From Lytechinus pictus (taxonomy: Eukaryota), in NCBI RefSeq assembly GCF_037042905.1, contig NC_087251.1, positions 8,558,001 through 8,622,000 on the forward strand: 64,000 nt of DNA. Reading direction: 5' to 3'. The translations under genes were made by a program, and so were the position numbers. Below the pieces are notes generated by a model. The model had not been told where the DNA came from. It made no database searches and saw only the letters and a list, made by a program, of their open reading frames with translations. Position 1 is the stretch's first letter; the number at the start of each line of letters is the position of its first letter. This document shows positions 12,650-26,600 of this stretch, piece after piece.

Positions 12650-13130
12650 TGTGCTCGGTCAGGTTGTGTGTTCGGACAATCAATTTGAACAGCCATTTGG
12701 AAAAGTTAACAAGCAAAATTATACTAGGCCTATTAATTCTTAGTATACCCAGTGGTTGTGTGTCCGGACGGGTTGGGTGTCCGGACACATGACTTTTACT
12801 CTCAATTTTGAAAAGTTTACAAGCAATGTCTTTAATTCTTTTTAGCACAGAATATAAGAAAATATTATAAAGAACAAATATTGATGGTGAAAAAAAACTA
12901 TTCAACCTATATTTTTGGTTTATTCCTGAGATAAAAACAAGGCTTCATTTCTGTTACTTGTCCGGACACCCAACCCCCCATCCTACAAAGTGAATGCCAA
13001 TCTTATAAAGAACAAAACTGAAGACGACTGCAATATTTTTTGCGTAATCCAAACTAAAACTTTAAAAGAATGCTTCACAATATTTTATTTTTAACTTACA
13101 GTGTCTGGGCACCCCATCCCCCATCCTAGC
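12650..13130. repeat. Degraded element with repeated GTGTCCGGACAC motifs in both orientations
   Basis: GGGTTGGGTGTCCGGACAC near 12770, versus GTCCGGACACCCAACCC near 12960 and GTGTCTGGGCACCCCATCCC near 13100. Ends are not resolved. Confidence 0.4.
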
Positions 13131-13299
13131 CTATATGGTTGTAAATGACAATTTAATATATTTTTTGCCATAGTTTCTCTCACAACTCTTAGTCCCTTTT
13201 TCAGATAGGAGGAGGGGGGGGGGTATACTATAGCAAAGGAGAATAACAAAATTGTAGAGAGAATGCCAATGGCAATGGCAAATATGCGAGCCTACTTAC

Positions 13300-13440
13300 C
13301 TCTTCTTTTCATACTCTCAACGTTACTTTGCCAGAAAAGTATTCAGTCTTATCCCGTATCTCCTCACTGTAATATTACAAAGACTTCCAACCAGAAATAT
13401 TAACATGCACTAAGTAGATTTCTAGGGTAGAACCGACGGA
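13300..13440 (-). other. Possible non-coding upstream exon of the 502-aa gene
   Basis: Consensus donor GAG|GTAAGT on the minus strand at 13300/13299 could pair with the acceptor at 9612. The 5' boundary is a guess. Confidence 0.35.
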
Positions 13441-13490
13441 ATAGCTGGTTACTCTTGCCTATTTCTTTCAATTTATTTGTTTAAAATCTG

Positions 13491-14320
13491 GGGCGGTATT
13501 CTGAGGTCATTTTATCTTTAAAATATTTTATTTTATCTCTTAAAATGAAATTGGTATTCTGAGATGACATTTTATCTTTCAGATAAAATTTAAAATTTCA
13601 TCTTGCTTATAAATTTTATCTTGCGTATTTATGATGATACGCAACAGAGCAGTGGCTCTGCGTAGACATACCCATCGCGTATCTGGCCATTGCAACGCGG
13701 GTGATGTGCTTGCGCCCAAGTTACTTTGAAGAAAAAATGAAATAAACTTAAAAGAGGGTAGGGGCTATTTTATCTCCGCGACGTTCATTTCGTCAATATT
13801 TCTAAGTGAATTAACTCCAAATGTTGGCATGAAAATTAAGAAAAATTATATCTTCATTGAGAACAACACCTTAAAGTTATTCCTGTACAATCAGGAAGCA
13901 TTTCATAAGACTTTTCTTGACTAATATTGTCTTTGAAATGATGCTTGAAAAGATGCGATATAGACTTCGAAAAAAAGATGAGAGTGTTGCCATTTTTGTT
14001 AAAAAGAAATCTCTGTAAAGACGCACAAGCGTATAGTGCAAGCGTATTGAAGCCAATAAATTGACGCAATCTCACTCATTCGCCACACCTCCTAACGGAA
14101 TGGATTTCCATTGGTTGAGTGATATGAGAGAGCTATAAAAGCGCGTTTCTAATTGGATATTGATTAAAAAATAGGTGTGTCTTACAGAGATAAAATGAAG
14201 ATAAAATTGTTCTCAGAATACCAATTCGGAGAGATTTTAAGGGTATTTTATCTCACTGATTTTAACGGAGATAAAATATTTTATTTTATCTGAGATAAAA
14301 TGGATCTCAGAATACCACCC
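13491..14320. mobile_element. PIF/Harbinger-type MITE
   Basis: CTG|GGGCGGTATTCTGAG ... CTCAGAATACCACCC|CTG; 3-bp TSD, GGG ends, subterminal TTTTATCT repeats. Confidence 0.8.
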
Positions 14321-14523
14321 CTGATTTAAATAAAACACAGCAAGAATGAGAAGCGCGATAAAGCTCCAAACTAGATGCGCGCTTATTATAATGTTACAAA
14401 CGCTAGATGGCGCTAAAGTTGCTAAGTGGGATTGTCTCGCTGAACTGGAAATACGTACCGGTATTTCCAGTTCAGTGGGTTGTCTGCTGCTGCTTTCAAT
14501 GAGCAATTCCGGACTGACTAAAA

Positions 14524-14624
14524 ATGCGTAAATTAACTCAGTTATTCATATTATGGAAAATTTTATATCTTTTTTTGCTAGGATGTTGTTTTAAAGCTGA
14601 GGGTAATTCAAATGATAAGCAGAG
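14524..14624 (+). CDS. DEX1-like exon 1 (signal peptide MRKLTQLFILWKILYLFLLGCCFKAEG)
   Basis: AAAATG start, basic-hydrophobic-AxG signal pattern, donor AG|GTAACG in phase 2 matching exon 2. Confidence 0.7.
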
Positions 14625-17600
14625 GTAACGTATTTTGATGAATATTCTATTATTTGGATACATGTATAAGGAAAGATACTTGTGAGAATAGCTGAAACTA
14701 AGTAAAGTGCAAGATTGTTGTGTATCAGAATTGTTATAAAACCGATTGGCTTTTTCGGTCACGGTGTTCGGACGACGCGATGCCGATGGCGTGTGCATTG
14801 GTCAATGGTAGGTCCATGGTTTGTGTGGGAGAGAGAGAGCAAGAGAGTGGTTTTTAGGTAGGCCTTCGTTTAATCAAGGAGTCTCTATCTCCTTGCTTGG
14901 TTTAATCGCATGAATAAAATGCAAATAAATGGGTGACACAACCTCAACGTCTTTCAAAAAGCCTTCACCCTGACAAAAAGTTAATTGTAAAAATAGTAGA
15001 AAAAATAATAAAAAAATACTGCTGAAGGTTTGAGAAAAATTCATCAAAGAATTAAAAAGTTATTAGAATTTCAATTACTTGATTTGTGACGTCATATGCG
15101 AGCCGCATTCCTACATAGCGAATGGTAAAAAATCAATGAAATGTCATTTTCTCAGACAATTGAAAATGGTTTTCACTGTATGATAGTGGGCCCCAAGTCT
15201 GCGCACCTAACAAATTTGAGTTAAGATTTTTAAACTTATGATGAATTTCTTCTTATTTCACAAAATCTTTCAATTAATAATGTTCCTTACATTATTAAGA
15301 GTACCGTATGGGCACTAGTATTCAACCTGGCATAATTTGGACAAATTCCCCCAAATATTTAGAAATAGGGAATTTATCTTAATTTCATACCTTTGTTATT
15401 TCCAGTGTAATCTGTTGTCGGTATTTTCTTTATCAATCTGTCAACTGTATGCGCGAAGGATCGAATTATGCGGCGATGACCTTTTGCACTGAAATGCACT
15501 AGTATTCAACCTAGTGATGATAGATGGCTAATTTCAAAATGGTTTAGATTGCTAAATTAGATCTAGATTTATGTAAGTCTCTGGCTTTGATTAATTCCCT
15601 GTTTGGTCTCATCTCAATTGGTCTAGTCCATAGTCGGATGGGACAAGGGCAGATTGAAAGACAGGGCCATCTTTCATCATCGCTGGGTTGAATACTAGTG
15701 CCGACGGATTGAATACTAGTGCCAAAAACCATCGCCGTATAATTCGATAGCCCGCGCACACAGTCGACAGGTTGAAGAAAAAGATAACGGAAAAAGAATA
15801 AGACGGGTCTGAAATTCAGGTAAATTCTATATTTCTATATATTTGAGGAAACTCTCCAAACGGGTTGAATACTAGTGCCCTTACGGTAAGTGTACCAAAT
15901 TTCTCATTAAAAAATGAAAGAAAATATAGGATTTTCTTGAAAAAACCTCGGGCAGTCATTTTCAGATCGAAAAAAAAATGAAACCCCATGTCTGCGCACG
16001 CATTCACTTTGCACACGATTCGGGGATTTTGATGAGAAAGGCTGCATTTTGAGGCTGCACATGAAATGCCCTGAATTCATTATTTTTCCACCATTTTGAG
16101 TCGGATTTTTTTATGAATACCTGTCTATGTATTGCATGTTTAAAGTTCGTGCTCGTTGTGTATCTTCTTTTATTAGAATCGAGCAGATACGCGTGTGCGC
16201 AGACAAGGGGGACTGCGCAGACTTGGGGGAACTTGCCATACCTTTTGTATATCAATAGACAAATCATTTCACACCTAATCATGAATAGAAAACAAAATTA
16301 AGTCATCAGGAATCATATAAAATTTGAAATTCATGCATTCTATATTACATAACATATGGGGCAGCTGCTCGTTTATGACGTCACAAATACAAAACTTTGA
16401 ACTCTAATAACTTTCTTAATCTTTAACGGATTTTCCTCAAACCTTCACCAATATTTTTTATTATTTTTTTCTGCTATTTTTACAACAAAATTTTCTACAG
16501 GGTGAACTTCCCCTTTAAGCTCAAGTGATGTTCGTGCAGCATGCAGGCTCCACTCCACTTACCGCTACACTACCCTCCACCTACCCCCGGGGGGTCACTC
16601 TCCACATGGACTGCTACCCACCCGTGTCCGACAACCTCAGAAATGCACCCTAAACGGCGTAACTACATTAACTAAATTTGCAACCCTAAATGGCGTAACC
16701 CATAAGAAAAGCCACCCTAAGTGGCTTAAACGGGGAAAAGCCCCTAATTCGATACCCTAAGTGGCGTAAACATATCGAAATCGTTTAATTTGATACCATA
16801 CTGATTACTGATGTTAAATTAATGTTACATACAACAGGTATAAATTCCCGGCATTTTTTTAGTAAGTTATTGCAAGTAAGGCCAGCATTATTTACTCTCA
16901 ATGACACCTATCTTAGCCACTTTGAATAGCCATCTTTTACTTTAGCCTAAATTAATGAATGCAAGTGAAAAATGTTGCTTGCCTTGACTGACTGATGCAT
17001 CACTTAGGTTTTACCAATTTCATCAAAACTTAAAATGGAATCCATACCAGTTAATATGTTGAAAAATACATACATTAATTAAACCTGTATCTTCTTTTTT
17101 TGTTATAATTGATAATAAAAAAACAAATCAATATAGGAATCCCCAGTATGAATAAAAAAAAAATGGTATAGACTATAGGCCTAAACCCTAGACGTAAGAC
17201 TGTAGGGTTAGACTAGAGACTATACTCTCATAAGTGATGCGCTGGCCAGCGTGTGCGAGGATTATTTTGTATCCCTTATAATCACGCCCTTTATGGTGTT
17301 TATGGCTTAGGTCTGCTCCCGAATCTTCTCAAATTTTTGCCAAAGACGTCGACGACGCCCCAGTGCCTGAAACGGGACCCTTTTCGACGCTCTTTCTGGA
17401 AGCGGGTGCGTACCAGGCCATGTGGAGAGTGACCCCCCCCCCCCCCCCCCGGGCACCTACCCAAACATTGAGCCCCAAAACTCGCTCTGATACTCTTGAG
17501 TGACAAAGGTGGGAAAAAATCCCGGGGGGCCCACTTCCATTCACGAGTGGATACCATGCGCGACCATGAGATCTAAAAAAGCACCCTAAACACGTATTTT

Positions 17601-20600
17601 CCATATTCTGAAATTGCACCCCTTAACAAGTATTGGCATGTGAAACCCTACCCTTAACAAGTATTGGAAACAAAACAATACTATTGGCAAGTATTCCCTG
17701 AATTGAACCCCTAAACAAGTACAGCGGTATGTCACGGACGTCGGTCGTCGGTTTTACCTTTACCTACATCATTGGGTTTAGAACAGCCCAACTCGCGCAA
17801 ATCATACTCTAAACACGTAGTGTTGACTCCTGGAGCAAAAAGTACATCCTTTATAAAAACATTTTAGTCTTGATTTTTATACCCTCGCAATTTGACCCTA
17901 AACACGTAGCTTTCCTAGCGAAATAGATACCCTTTTTTCATTATTTTAGTGTTTTTGACACCCTTATTACGTTACGTACGTAACGTGCCCTATCTTGAAA
18001 AAGACATCCTTTTTACGTGTTTTTTTGGTCGTGCATGGTATCCACTCGTCAATGTAAGTGGCCCCCCCCCCCCCCCCCCCGGGGAAAAAATGCATATTTT
18101 TGTATGAATCCTACACAGAAACTAGCTTAAAAAGAATAAGAAGCAAAATTTTTTACTTTTCATCCTAATTTCACTCCATATCCATCCTCCGGTTAGCATG
18201 GTTAGCCTCAAAATTTGTGATTTAGAGCCAACATCGAGTTCCTCACACAACATCGAGTTCCTCACACAATTAATCGCTGCCGATTTCAAAACATCGCATG
18301 CGCGAGGGTCTGAAATGGGAATTTCTATGGCTTTCTGTATTGGTGATGCTCTGGAATGGAAATTTAGGCTGGAAATGGGGGTCTCAGCCGTGCCCCCCCC
18401 CTCTGGGACTGAATGATATCGGGTACTGGGTGATGATATATGATGTGGTCTCAGACTCTAGACTAGGTGAGGATTGGGGGGGGGGGGGTGGAAGGTGTGG
18501 GCGCACACTGGCGTATACTTTTGCAGCATGTAGATCTAGAATTCATTAATTGGGCACCCCTTGAAATTAATGATGACCTTTCTTTTGGTTAGTTTTTGGT
18601 GATGAAATGTCTTTTACTGATGACCCTTTTTTTTCTTGACTATGAATGAATGAATGTCCGACTCTGGCCCTGTGCCTGAACACCAACCAACACTGTACTT
18701 GCAATGGTGGTGTTGGGATTGACCTCAGAAATTTCTGGTAGTGCTGGTGTTGAATGTCGTCTGCTGATAGCTGAACCAAGCACTTCAGCTGGTATTGATG
18801 ATTTATGTGTAATTTCCCATTCACAGACAATTGTGACATCAAACCTACTGGCCCTTGGGGTATAATATAATTTTAAGTTCCGTATTGCTGTTGGTGATCT
18901 GAAGCTCACAGACGGCCATTGTGGACAGAATCTGCGAGAATCGTCCTGAAAAAAGCAACCTACTTCTTTTTCTCTAAGAATACAGACAACCAGTCGGTGG
19001 ACTGTACTTCATCATCATCATCAGAAGAAGAAGAACCTTCTAGGGCCAGTTTCATGAAGAGTTACAACTGTTCTAACTTTGCCATTATGGCAATTACCAT
19101 GGAAACCTTGATTTTGATTGGCTGCTAGCCCAGTTGCCATGGTAGTTGCCATTAGGGCAAGGTTACAACAGTTGAAACTCTTTATGAAATGGGCCCTTGG
19201 TCTATTATTGTACTATTGAGGTTTGCCGTGGAATGGCATGTGCAATAAACTGGGTGAAAACCCTACTCTTTGGTGAATCGTATTTTTGGTTTTAAAGGGA
19301 TGGTCCGGGCTGAAAATATTTATATATCAATAAATAGAGTAAAATTCGCAGAGCAAATTGCTGAAAATTTGATCAAAATTGGGTAACAAATAAGAAAGTT
19401 ATTGAATTTTGAAGATTTGCATTATTCCGGTGAAACAGTTCTAGGCATGTCCTTATGAATATTCATTAGGTGGGCTGATGATGTCATATCCCCACTTGTT
19501 CTATTGTATTTTATTATACGAAATTAGGTTTATTCAACAATTTTCTACCAAGAACTAAAACAATTGGATTGACAACTGATTAAGTGCATTAGTTATTTAT
19601 TGCCGCAACTTATTTAATTATAATGGAGACACATCACTTACACATGTACGATAAAATGAAACATTTATGATTTCATGTAATAACATAAGAAAAAAGAAAG
19701 TGGGGATGTGACATCATCAGCCCACCTAATGATTATTCATGACAATGTGCATATAACTGTTTTCACAAAATATTGATAAGCTTTAGAATTCAATAACTTT
19801 GGTATTTGTTATCAGATTTTGATGAAATTTTCAGCATTTTGCTTTGTGAATTTTACTCTGTTTATTTAGATATAAATATTTCTCGTCTGGACCATCTTTT
19901 TAATGTACACACTACACATGTTGTAACTCTCCTATACCAGGGACCAACATTTGCATCCTTTCTGATGGATGCAGTGGTTTTAAATTGTATTTTCCACAAT
20001 TACAAAGGATGCTAACACAAATATATGAGCATCAGTTGTTGCTTTTTAGATGGGTTTCGGCATGAGCGGGACTCTAACCCCGCACAGTGGGATCTACGAT
20101 GTTATCCATAACAGGCATTCTAAGTTTCTAAGTGACTGAGCTACGTCACCTGGTACATGTACATCTTCAATGAGGATTCAAGGGCAGGCCACAGCCACTA
20201 GGACACTCTAGTCTAGACACTGGCTTGTGCAGATATCCCAGATTTGTTCATTCTATTAAAACAGGGATTTTATAAATTTTTGGCGTTTTTAGCTCATCCG
20301 GCCTGAAGGGCCAGATGAGCTTATGCCGTGGCGTGGCGTTCGTCGGCTGTCGTCTGTCCACAATTTCAAAATGCTTCTTCTTCGCCATTTCAAGTCCGAT
20401 TTTAATTCTGTTTGCTTTATATGATAGCACTAGGTGGGGGATTCAAAACTTCTACACAGTATTTGGAAACTCATTAAATATGCTAATTCATGCACATTTT
20501 TCAAAATTCACAAAAATGCTTCTTTATTTGTTGACTGATTTTAAATTTTTTGCTTCCTTCTGGTAGAGCTTCATAAGGTTCACCAAACTTCTACACAGAA

Positions 20601-23600
20601 TTTCGAAATTTTGACTAGAAAATTATTTATGCTAATTTATGCGAAATTCATAAATCACAGAACATGCCTCTTCTTTATTTGTTGACTGAATTTCAAAATG
20701 CTTCTTCTTCGTCATTTCAAGTCTGATTTCAATTCTGTTTGCTTTATATGATAGCATTAGGTGGGGGGTTCAATTCTACACAGAATTTTGAAACTCATTA
20801 AATATGCTGATTTATGCGTATTTTTAAAAACTCACAAAAAATGCTTCTTCTTCTTTAATTGTTGATCAATTTTGATTTTTTTCTTCCATCTGGTAGAACT
20901 TCATGAGGTTCATAAAAGTTGAACACAAAATTTTGAAATTTTGTCTAGAAAATTATTTATGCTAATTTATGCAAAAATTTATTCATAAATCACAAAAAAT
21001 GTTTTTTCTTCTTCATCTGTAGATTGATTTCAATTTTGTTTGCTTTATATGGTAGCTCGAGGTGGTGATACAAAATTTCAACACAGAATTTTGAAAAACT
21101 CATTAAATATGCTAATTTATTCATATATTTTCAAAACTAACAAAAAATACTTATTTATTTGTTGATTGATTTTGATGAATTTTGTTCCATCTGAGAGCTA
21201 CATGAGGTTTACCAAGGTTCTACACAGAGTTTAGAAATTTTGACTAGAAAATTATTTATGCTTAATTTATATGAAATTTATTCATAGATCACAGAAAATA
21301 CTTCTATGTCACTTCTTCATCAATTTCAGTTCTATATCCTCAATTTATGTCACCAATATAATTTACTACAGTGTCAACTGGGCTGAAATTAAAATTGTGT
21401 TAAATTTCGTTGCGAGATGCCGGATGAGCTCCACATCATTGATGTGCTAGTTTAAATTCTATTCCTGTTCTGCACCTACCTATGAAAAACACAGTCCATG
21501 TAGAATGCAAGCACTCAGCTAAAGTGAAGTGTATAATTGGATAAAAAGTTTTTCTGTGTCCATGGGTCTCACTCTCATTCAATGACTGGTCTTGGGATGG
21601 GCAAACAATGGATTTTGAAGTTAAAGGGATGCTCCGGGCTGAAAATGATATTTAAACAGATAATGAAAAATCATACAAACAAAATACTGAAAATTTGATC
21701 AAAATCGGACAACGAATAACAAAGTTATGGCATTTTAAAGATTTGCATTATTCCAGTGAAACAGTTCTAGGTATGTCTTTATGAATATTCAATGAGCAAA
21801 TTGATGATGTCATATCAATATCCCCACTTGTCCTTTTGTATTTTATTATATAAAATTGGGTTTATTCAAATTTTGTCTACCAAGCACTGAAAAAATTGGA
21901 TTGTCAACTGATTACATGTAGTGCATTTGATATTAATTGCTGCAACTAATTTCATTATTGAGGAGACACATTATTCACACATGTATGAAAAAATGAAACA
22001 ATTATGATTTCATGTAAAAACCTAAGAAAAAGGAAAGTGGGGATGTGACATCATCAGCCCACCTAATGAATATTTATGATGATGTGCATATAACTATTGT
22101 CACAAAATAATGCTAAACTTTAAAATTCAATAACTTCATTATTTGTTATCCGATTTTGATGAAATCGTCACCACTTTGCTCTGAATTTTACTCTATTCAT
22201 TAAGATATTCTTTTAGCCGGAGTATCCCTTTAATGGTTAATGGTTTTTGTCTCGCCTGCATAGCAGAGCGAGACTATAGGCGCCGCTTTTCCGACGGCGA
22301 CGGCGGCGTCAACATCAAATCTTAACCTAAGGTTAAGTTTTTGAAATGACATCATAACTTAGAAAGTATATGGACCTAGTTCATGAAACTTGGGCATAAG
22401 GTTAATCAAGTATTAGTAAACATCCTGCCTGAGTTTCAGGTCACATGACCAAGGTCATTTAGGGTCAATGAACTTAGACCATGTTGGGAAAATTATTTTC
22501 AAAATCTTAACCGAAGGTTAAGTTTTTGAAATGACATCATAACTTAGAAAGTATATGGACCTAGTTCATGAAACTTGGGCATAAGGTTAATCAAGTATTA
22601 GTAAACATCCTGCTCGAGTTTCAGGTCACGTGACCAAGGTCAAAGGTCATTTAGGGTCAATGAACTTTGGTCAAGTTGGGGGTATTTGTTGAATTACTAT
22701 CATAACTTTGAAAATGGATCTAGTCCATGAAACTTGGACATAAGGTTAATCAAGTATTAGTGAACATCCTGCTTGAGTTTCAGGTCACATGACCAAGGTC
22801 AAAGGTCATTTAGGGTCAATGAACTTTGGCCAAGTTGGGGGTATTTGTTGAATTACCATCATAACTTTGAAAATTTATGGATCTAGTTTATGAAACTTGG
22901 ACATTAGGTTAATCAAGTACCACTGAATATCCTGTGCGAGTTTCAGGTCACATGACCATGGTCAATGGTCATTGAAGGTCAATGAACTTTGGCCGTGTTG
23001 GGGGTATTTGTTAAATTACCATCCTAACTCTGAAAGTTTATGGATCTAGTTCATAAAACTTGGACATAAGAGTAATCAAGTATCACTGAACATCCTGTAC
23101 GAGTTTCAGGTCACATGACCATGGTCAAAGGTCATTAAAGGTCAATGAACTTTGGCCGTGTTGGGGGTATTTGTTGAATTACCATCCTAACTCTGAAAGT
23201 TTATGGATCTAGTTCATAAAACTTGGGATATAAGAGTAATAAAGCATCACTGAACATCCCCTGTGAGTTTCAGGTCACAAAACCAAGTCAAAGGTCAGTT
23301 AAGGTCAATAAACTTAGGCCATGTTGGGGTAATTGTTGAAGTGCCATCATAACTTTGAAAGTTTATGGATAGAGTGAATGAAATGTGGACATGGGTGTAG
23401 TTGACAGTCTTAAGTCTCCGTTCAAATGTCATTTATGGTCAATGAACGTGGTATTATGTCATTATATGAATGATGTTTTTGTGAATGATTATTTTATAGT
23501 AGTTTTCAAAGTTAGCACTGCTGCTATATTAAATTGCGTAATGCAGGCGAGACTGCCAGAGGCGTTCCACTTGTTGATGAATGTTTTTACTGTGGTAGTA

Positions 23601-26600
23601 CCTTTGCTTCTTAAATAAATACAGAATTTGAAATTAAACTTACATGTATCAAACCTTATATTGTGTTCAAACCAAACATCAAATTAGAAATATATTTACC
23701 AAACAACAAAGGAATACTTATCTTGATCCGTAGGGCTGAAATTATGAATACAGAAAATAGATATTGTATGTACCAAATTTTGTTTTGTAAACAGCAATTT
23801 TCAAGTACATTTTTATGAACTGACTCTGTATATTCTTTGTTCTAGCTGTCACTTTGATATCGACATACTACAAAGTCATCATGTTGGCAATAGTCCCATC
23901 ATTAGTTCACCGTTGGTAGCAGACATTAATGCTGATGGCACTCTTGATATCATTTCAACAACATTTGATGGGACTATTGATGTTGTTGACGGGGAGAACA
24001 TGAAACCACATTCCAGATCACAGTGGCCTTATCAATTCCCAAACAGCACAGTACACTCAAGCCCCATGTTGGTATGTATTGGTATTTGTTTAGTATTGAA
24101 TTCAGGGTTGACTAGACAATGTTATGTTACTGTAAAGGTGTTAATTTTTCATAATTGTAACAGGAGATATTTATCTGATTTTGTTAGTTTCCATTGTGAA
24201 TGTGTTCAGAGTTCAGATATCTGCTGCACATGACAAAGTGCAACAAATACTTTTATGTGAGAACACATGAGTGATAAATTAGACTATTCAAGGCTTTTGG
24301 CACATGCACCCAACAGATTGTTGCCACTGTGTGTGTTGCCACTGTGTGCCATACCAGTTTGATGTTTCAATATGAAAAGGGAATGACTTGTCATATATGA
24401 GAGATGAATTTCATGACAAAAGCTCTACCCTTCTAGCGTATATGTTTCATCTACCAAATAATCTTGAATGAAATACGTATGCATTTGTAGATATTTTAGA
24501 TTTGGTTTAAGTTCCATTTTAGTCACATGTACATTCTACTTTATATAGACTATCCAAAAAGAATAAAAGCCTGGGGCCGTATTCTGAAAATTGTCTTAAG
24601 AGAAATATTCTTGTATCTTAAGAGTTACAATAAAATCCGTATTCCGAAAATTGTCTTAACTTTTCTTGTAACTTTCACTGAGCGCGTATGATGTCAGAGA
24701 TATAATGATGCGTAAATATATAATCGGCGCACATTATGTCTGTGCGCAAGATAAAATCTCGAGTTACAAGGTATTCTGAAAATTCTCTTATCTTTGCGTT
24801 CTCTTAACTTCCTTGGAAAATACAATGAAATTTACAAGAGGTGGGGGGCTATTGTAACTTATTGTTGCATGCGATATTTGACCGTCCGCAAAAATTATTT
24901 CTTGCTGCATCCCGCAAGAACATCATATTTTACAAAAGGAGACATTCCAAAGACATTATAACGACGGATTGGTAGACTTTTCAGAAATTAAAAATTGGTG
25001 TTCGAGACGATGAATCTTTCGAGAGAAAATAATCTTTGAAAAGAGCCACGTGTATTTTTAGCACAGAAGCGCACAAGCATAAGCGTCGGAGGCGCAAGGA
25101 AATTACGCCTCATAACAACAATGCGCTTCATTATTTTTCAGAAGAGACGCTTCTATTGGTTGACCTAAGCATATAACAAGCTTAATAATTGGTTGATGAC
25201 AGAATATTGGGCGTGTCAGAGATAAAATAGGGGACGCCCTTACAGAGATAAGACAATTTTCAGAATACTAATTTAAGAGAATTTTAGCGCGCTGTTATCT
25301 TGCTGACTTACAAGAAAAGTTAAGAGAAAAGTTAAGACAATTTTCAGAATACCACCCCAGGTGTCATGCCAGTCATGGACTATGTACAATCAGATTGGAT
25401 GTGTGCGTCAATCCATGTAACCCAACTCAATTTTTGCTCCAGCACCTTGATGTTCTTCACATGTATTTCCTTTTAATGTCTAAACTTTCATGGTTTTCAA
25501 GATATATACAGTATATATTCATATATAAGTAAATTATTGAATTAATGTCCTTCTCTGTTTTATTTAGTATGATGTCGATAGTGATGGCCTGCCAGAAGTT
25601 GTAGTGTTTACTACTGATGGAGAGATTAACTACTTCAAGATAGATGGGACATTTCTTCCAGACAAAACAGTGCAGGTACAACCTTAATTATACTTTAAGT
25701 TTGAAAAAAAAAAAGGAAAAAAAAAAGAGTTCAATTTTTATGAAACCCCCAAATAGAAATTGGAACTGATTTTCAAGTTTCAAACATTCAGCCAAACAGA
25801 AGTATGCAGTTGGGACCAGTGTTTAATTGTAGTTGTTTGTGCAATAGGCCCCTGGGCCCGTATTCCATAAACGAGATAAGCTTTTTGCTTAAGTCTTAGC
25901 AATTTGTCTTAGCATTTTGCTTGTCTAAGAAATCTTACCTAACGATATTCTATAAACCTTAAGACATTTGTCTCAAGTCAGACGATATGGCTAAGCCAAA
26001 GTCTCAAATTCTAGTATTAGGTACTGCTGCAGGGGTGACTGCAACAAACTTGCAAAAATGTCACTGAAGTTGTTTTTTCTTAAAAATTAGGATTTTATTG
26101 AAACTAATTACAACAATTGTAGTAAAAGAAGAGCATTCATCACCCATATATGGTAAGAATTTTTTATTCAGATTATCTATATTTTTGTTAATAACCAAAA
26201 CATTTCAATCCCAAACCGAGTGACTTGAACAGTTTTTTGTGTATCAGTCCCATTTATTACTTTTCATGTATTGTTTGTCAAAATCTAAATTGAATAGATT
26301 CCTCTCGACATCTTTATTTAACTTTAGTTTAAGTAGACCTAAGGGAAAACTTTTGTAACTTTTGAGACTAGTCTTGGGTCTCACATTAGGCCTAGATCTA
26401 GACTAGGCCCAAGATCTAAAGCTAATATCCGTCTGTTTGGAGGAGAATTGAACATCGTTTTGACTTTTTTACTTTAAGGCTGAAGCAAAACTTAACTTTG
26501 TTAGTCTAGTGGCGTGCCATTAATTTTGGTTTTTTAATATGTTGTTACCATGGCAACGTGATATTTTATATAGGCATAAAATATGTTTTGCATATCTTCA

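Noticed and set aside
16640..16770. ACCCTAAA repeats as interstitial telomere
   Set aside because: They are dispersed subterminal motifs of a MITE, not tandem telomeric repeats.
23385..23618. Duplicated ORF (also 59079-59285) as a small gene family
   Set aside because: It is the 3' part of the repeated Helentron-type element, with non-ATG starts and unconserved ends.
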